A DNA stretch of 64,000 nt from Alphaproteobacteria bacterium (lineage in GTDB: Bacteria; Pseudomonadota; Alphaproteobacteria; MPNO01; UBA830): positions 352,001 through 416,000 of the forward strand of contig OZ251539.1 in NCBI GenBank assembly GCA_965243135.1, read 5' to 3'. Positions within the stretch are counted from its first letter, which is position 1. Each line of letters starts with the position of its first letter. The notes under the pieces are model-generated. The model was not told the DNA's origin. It ran no database searches and was given only the letters and a program-made list of their open reading frames with translations. Positions 61,654 to 64,000 of this stretch are shown here, piece after piece. The position numbers were made by a program, and so were the translations under genes.

Positions 61654-62423
61654 CCCCGAACCCCGGGGCGGCGGCGGAAATCGCCTTTGCTCATTTCGCT
61701 CGCAACGCGGCGCGCCGCCATGTGATGCCGCCCCTTATCCTGTCTGTCGCAGTTTCGACGGCGGCCGTCGCCACGTTTCTGTCGGCGCATGGAGAGATCC
61801 CGCCTTTCGCCGACCGCTTCATCGGAAATGAATTCAGCCGCGTCATGGCGATCCTGTTTCTGGCGGCGGTGTTTTACGGAGCGTTGCAGTTCGCAGGCCT
61901 TGCGTTGGATCGGAAGCGGCTGCGGTCACTCGAACGTCCGTCGGACGGCGGTTGCTGGTTTGCCGTGTTCGCCGGACGTCCGTCCCGTCGACCTTCCCTC
62001 GAGGCCGACTGGGCGCGCGCGATGCCGAACGCCGCGGAGGATGTTGCCGACCGGTTCAGGTATCAGCTGGAGCGGTACTCCGATAACGGCCTGTTGCCGC
62101 TGCGCTTTGCAGTCTGGGTGTTGCCGCTGCTGGGTTTCATCGGCACTGTGGTCGGGGTCGCGCGGGCCATCGTCGGGCTGGAAACGGTCATCGCAACCGG
62201 CAGCCGTTCGACCGATGGCCTGCTGACCGTGCTTGGCGGACTGCAGTTCGCCTTCGATACGACGCTGCTCGGCCTTGCGGCCGTCATCCCGGTTATGCTC
62301 ATGCAGATGTTCCTGGAAAGCAGGGGGAGCGATCTCGCCGAGGAAGGGTACCGCGGCGTACTGGCTTTCTTCGCGCAGGCGACGCTGCCGTCCGAGGGAC
62401 GGAGCGCAACGGTTCGGCGATGA
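61650..62423 (+). CDS. MotA/TolQ/ExbB proton channel family protein
   Basis: LPLLGFIGTVVG...GLQFAFDTTLLGL. Confidence 0.9.
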   Translation: MTPNPGAAAEIAFAHFARNAARRHVMPPLILSVAVSTAAVATFLSAHGEIPPFADRFIGNEFSRVMAILFLAAVFYGALQFAGLALDRKRLRSLERPSDGGCWFAVFAGRPSRRPSLEADWARAMPNAAEDVADRFRYQLERYSDNGLLPLRFAVWVLPLLGFIGTVVGVARAIVGLETVIATGSRSTDGLLTVLGGLQFAFDTTLLGLAAVIPVMLMQMFLESRGSDLAEEGYRGVLAFFAQATLPSEGRSATVRR

Positions 62424-62914
62424 GCGTCGCGGAAACTGGCGGCCGGATCCGTTTCGGGGCGCGGCGCCGCGGCGGGCGCATGGGCGCGGTCGTAAGCCTT
62501 CTCCCTTTTCTCGATATCGTTTTCGGCATGATCGGCGTCTTCATCGTCGTCTTCGCGCTTCAGAATATTGTCGAGGACGGTGCGCCGCCGAGCGTAGACA
62601 GCATCGTGACTTGCGTTGAAGAAGGTCGCCTGACCGCTTACTGGCCGGGCGGAGAGATCGCAGGCGTTTCCACGTCCGATCGCAGCTTCGAACTTCTGCG
62701 GAGCCTGGCGGAAGACGGCCGGCCTTTTCGCAGCCTCATTCTCGCGGTTGGTCCGGAATGCGCCCGCCAAGCGTTCATGGAGGGCTTTGAACGGTATCTG
62801 CAGGCTGCGGTACGAGACGAACGGCGGCCCGTCGGACTGCTGCTTGAGCTTTACCCTGTCGGCGGTGCGGCCGGGGCGGCGGCGTTGCTCGAGGAGTGGC
62901 GCGGCGAGCGATGA
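62420..62914 (+). CDS. ExbD/TolR-like single-TM protein
   Basis: LLPFLDIVFGMIGVFIVVF (Asp within the TM helix); ATGA overlap. Confidence 0.7.
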   Translation: MSVAETGGRIRFGARRRGGRMGAVVSLLPFLDIVFGMIGVFIVVFALQNIVEDGAPPSVDSIVTCVEEGRLTAYWPGGEIAGVSTSDRSFELLRSLAEDGRPFRSLILAVGPECARQAFMEGFERYLQAAVRDERRPVGLLLELYPVGGAAGAAALLEEWRGER

Positions 62915-63537
62915 AAACGTTCGACGCGAGCTTTCTCGATGTTGCGACCAACGCGCTGGCGATCGTGGTCATCGTGACCATGTTCGCCTTGTTGACGGTC
63001 AAGCCCGAGACCGGAACCGTCCGCGATCCGCGCTTTGCGGAGGACGAAGGCCTGAAACTGCGCACGCAGTTGCAGCTGCCGGAACGCCCGTTCCACGACT
63101 ACTATTTCGTGTTCGACGGACGGATCGTTAGATGGGAACAGGAACGTTACGTCGAACGGTTGATCGCGGACGGCCTGCGCGATGCGATCGATCTGCCCGG
63201 CGGCAAGCTGCGCGTGAGCGCCGTGCTGGAGCCTCGCGATCCGGATTCCTTTACGGCGAGTTTCTTTCCCGACTTTTCGGCAATGAGGTCGCGCGGGATC
63301 GAGATAACGCCGGGCACCGTGGATGTCCTCTCGGCGCAAATCTCGCATCGCCAGAAAGAGCGCGGGTTGGCTCCAAATTTCGTCGTCTATTCCTCGGGGA
63401 TGGAGGCCTTCGCGACGCTTTACCGCAAGCTGCGAAACGAGCCGATCTGGCTCCGTTGGTTTCTGTGGACGGAAGACGAACCGCTCAGGATCGAGCGAAG
63501 GGTCAAGCACTTTGCTCGTTACGAGTACGATTTTTAG
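62911..63537 (+). CDS. Second ExbD/TolR-like single-TM protein
   Basis: SFLDVATNALAIVVIVTMF; ATGA overlap. Confidence 0.65.
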   Translation: MKTFDASFLDVATNALAIVVIVTMFALLTVKPETGTVRDPRFAEDEGLKLRTQLQLPERPFHDYYFVFDGRIVRWEQERYVERLIADGLRDAIDLPGGKLRVSAVLEPRDPDSFTASFFPDFSAMRSRGIEITPGTVDVLSAQISHRQKERGLAPNFVVYSSGMEAFATLYRKLRNEPIWLRWFLWTEDEPLRIERRVKHFARYEYDF

Positions 63538-63541
63538 CACG

Positions 63542-64000
63542 ATGCAGAGCGTTGCCGGAACCCGGATGGTTGCATCTGCCTTGATGCTGGGGCTGATGCT
63601 TTTCATCGGCATAATCGTCTTCCGTCCGCCGGACGCTTCATGCGCGGACGACGCGGCGCAGGCCGCATCCGGGAACGACACCGACCTTCAAGTCGCGCTT
63701 GATGCCTGGACGAGAATGTGGGCCGAGTTCGACAAGGAAGGCCTTTCGGCGCTGGATCCGAACTTGCGCGTCGCGGGCGCCCGTTTCGCTGGCGACACGT
63801 GCGGGATGCGATATCGCCGCCTTTATCGTGGCGTTGATCACGCGATACGCGAACAACTGGCGATCGCCGCGTTCGCCAACGATCCCGATACGAAGCAGCG
63901 CATCCTGCGGCAATCGCTGTCGGAATCGTCCAACGCGCAGATCCGGGCGCGCATTGCCGTCGAACTGGCCAGAGTTGCGGCGCGGCGCGGCGATTCGGTC
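63542..64000 (+). CDS. Membrane-anchored hypothetical protein, 3'-truncated by the window
   Basis: ATG 4 nt after the previous stop; TM segment ALMLGLMLFIGIIVF; frame open to the end. Confidence 0.65.
   Translation, partial: MQSVAGTRMVASALMLGLMLFIGIIVFRPPDASCADDAAQAASGNDTDLQVALDAWTRMWAEFDKEGLSALDPNLRVAGARFAGDTCGMRYRRLYRGVDHAIREQLAIAAFANDPDTKQRILRQSLSESSNAQIRARIAVELARVAARRGDSV

Noticed and set aside
61650-63537. Calling the motor operon Zorya
   Set aside because: No long ZorA tail, no OmpA-like ZorB domain and no zorC/D/E seen
1-64000. tRNA, rRNA, integrase, relaxase or reverse transcriptase genes
   Set aside because: None were recognisable by eye, so island boundaries and a mobility mechanism cannot be assigned

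Overview
GC-rich accessory region, inferred to be alphaproteobacterial. The Sel1, TPR and ankyrin repeat load resembles host-associated (e.g. sponge) symbionts. It is a defence and anti-defence island. The left half (1-28 kb) has three dispersed copies of a cassette: conserved leader, secreted Sel1-repeat gene, hairpin-forming spacer, ardC. Only one ardC is intact. Between the copies lie different cargo genes (STAND NTPase-nuclease, PD-(D/E)xK nucleases, ankyrin protein), eroded paralogues, a TnpB remnant and two decayed IS elements with recognisable ends and target duplications. The right half has a RecD-like helicase-nuclease beside a cas-less 4-repeat CRISPR-like array (29-bp repeat, 32-bp spacers) and a TPR protein. 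Next come a tandem ~240-bp non-coding duplication and a minimal dndA-dndC-DUF262/DUF1524 operon lacking dndBDE. These are followed by a SNF2-ParB-unknown-MBL nuclease operon, an SBD-HNH nuclease, a SmaI-like R-M pair, a NucS-like nuclease and a DSR1-like sirtuin. The window ends in a coiled-coil/MotA-ExbB/2xExbD operon that runs off the edge. All family calls come from motif recognition by eye; no searches were run.
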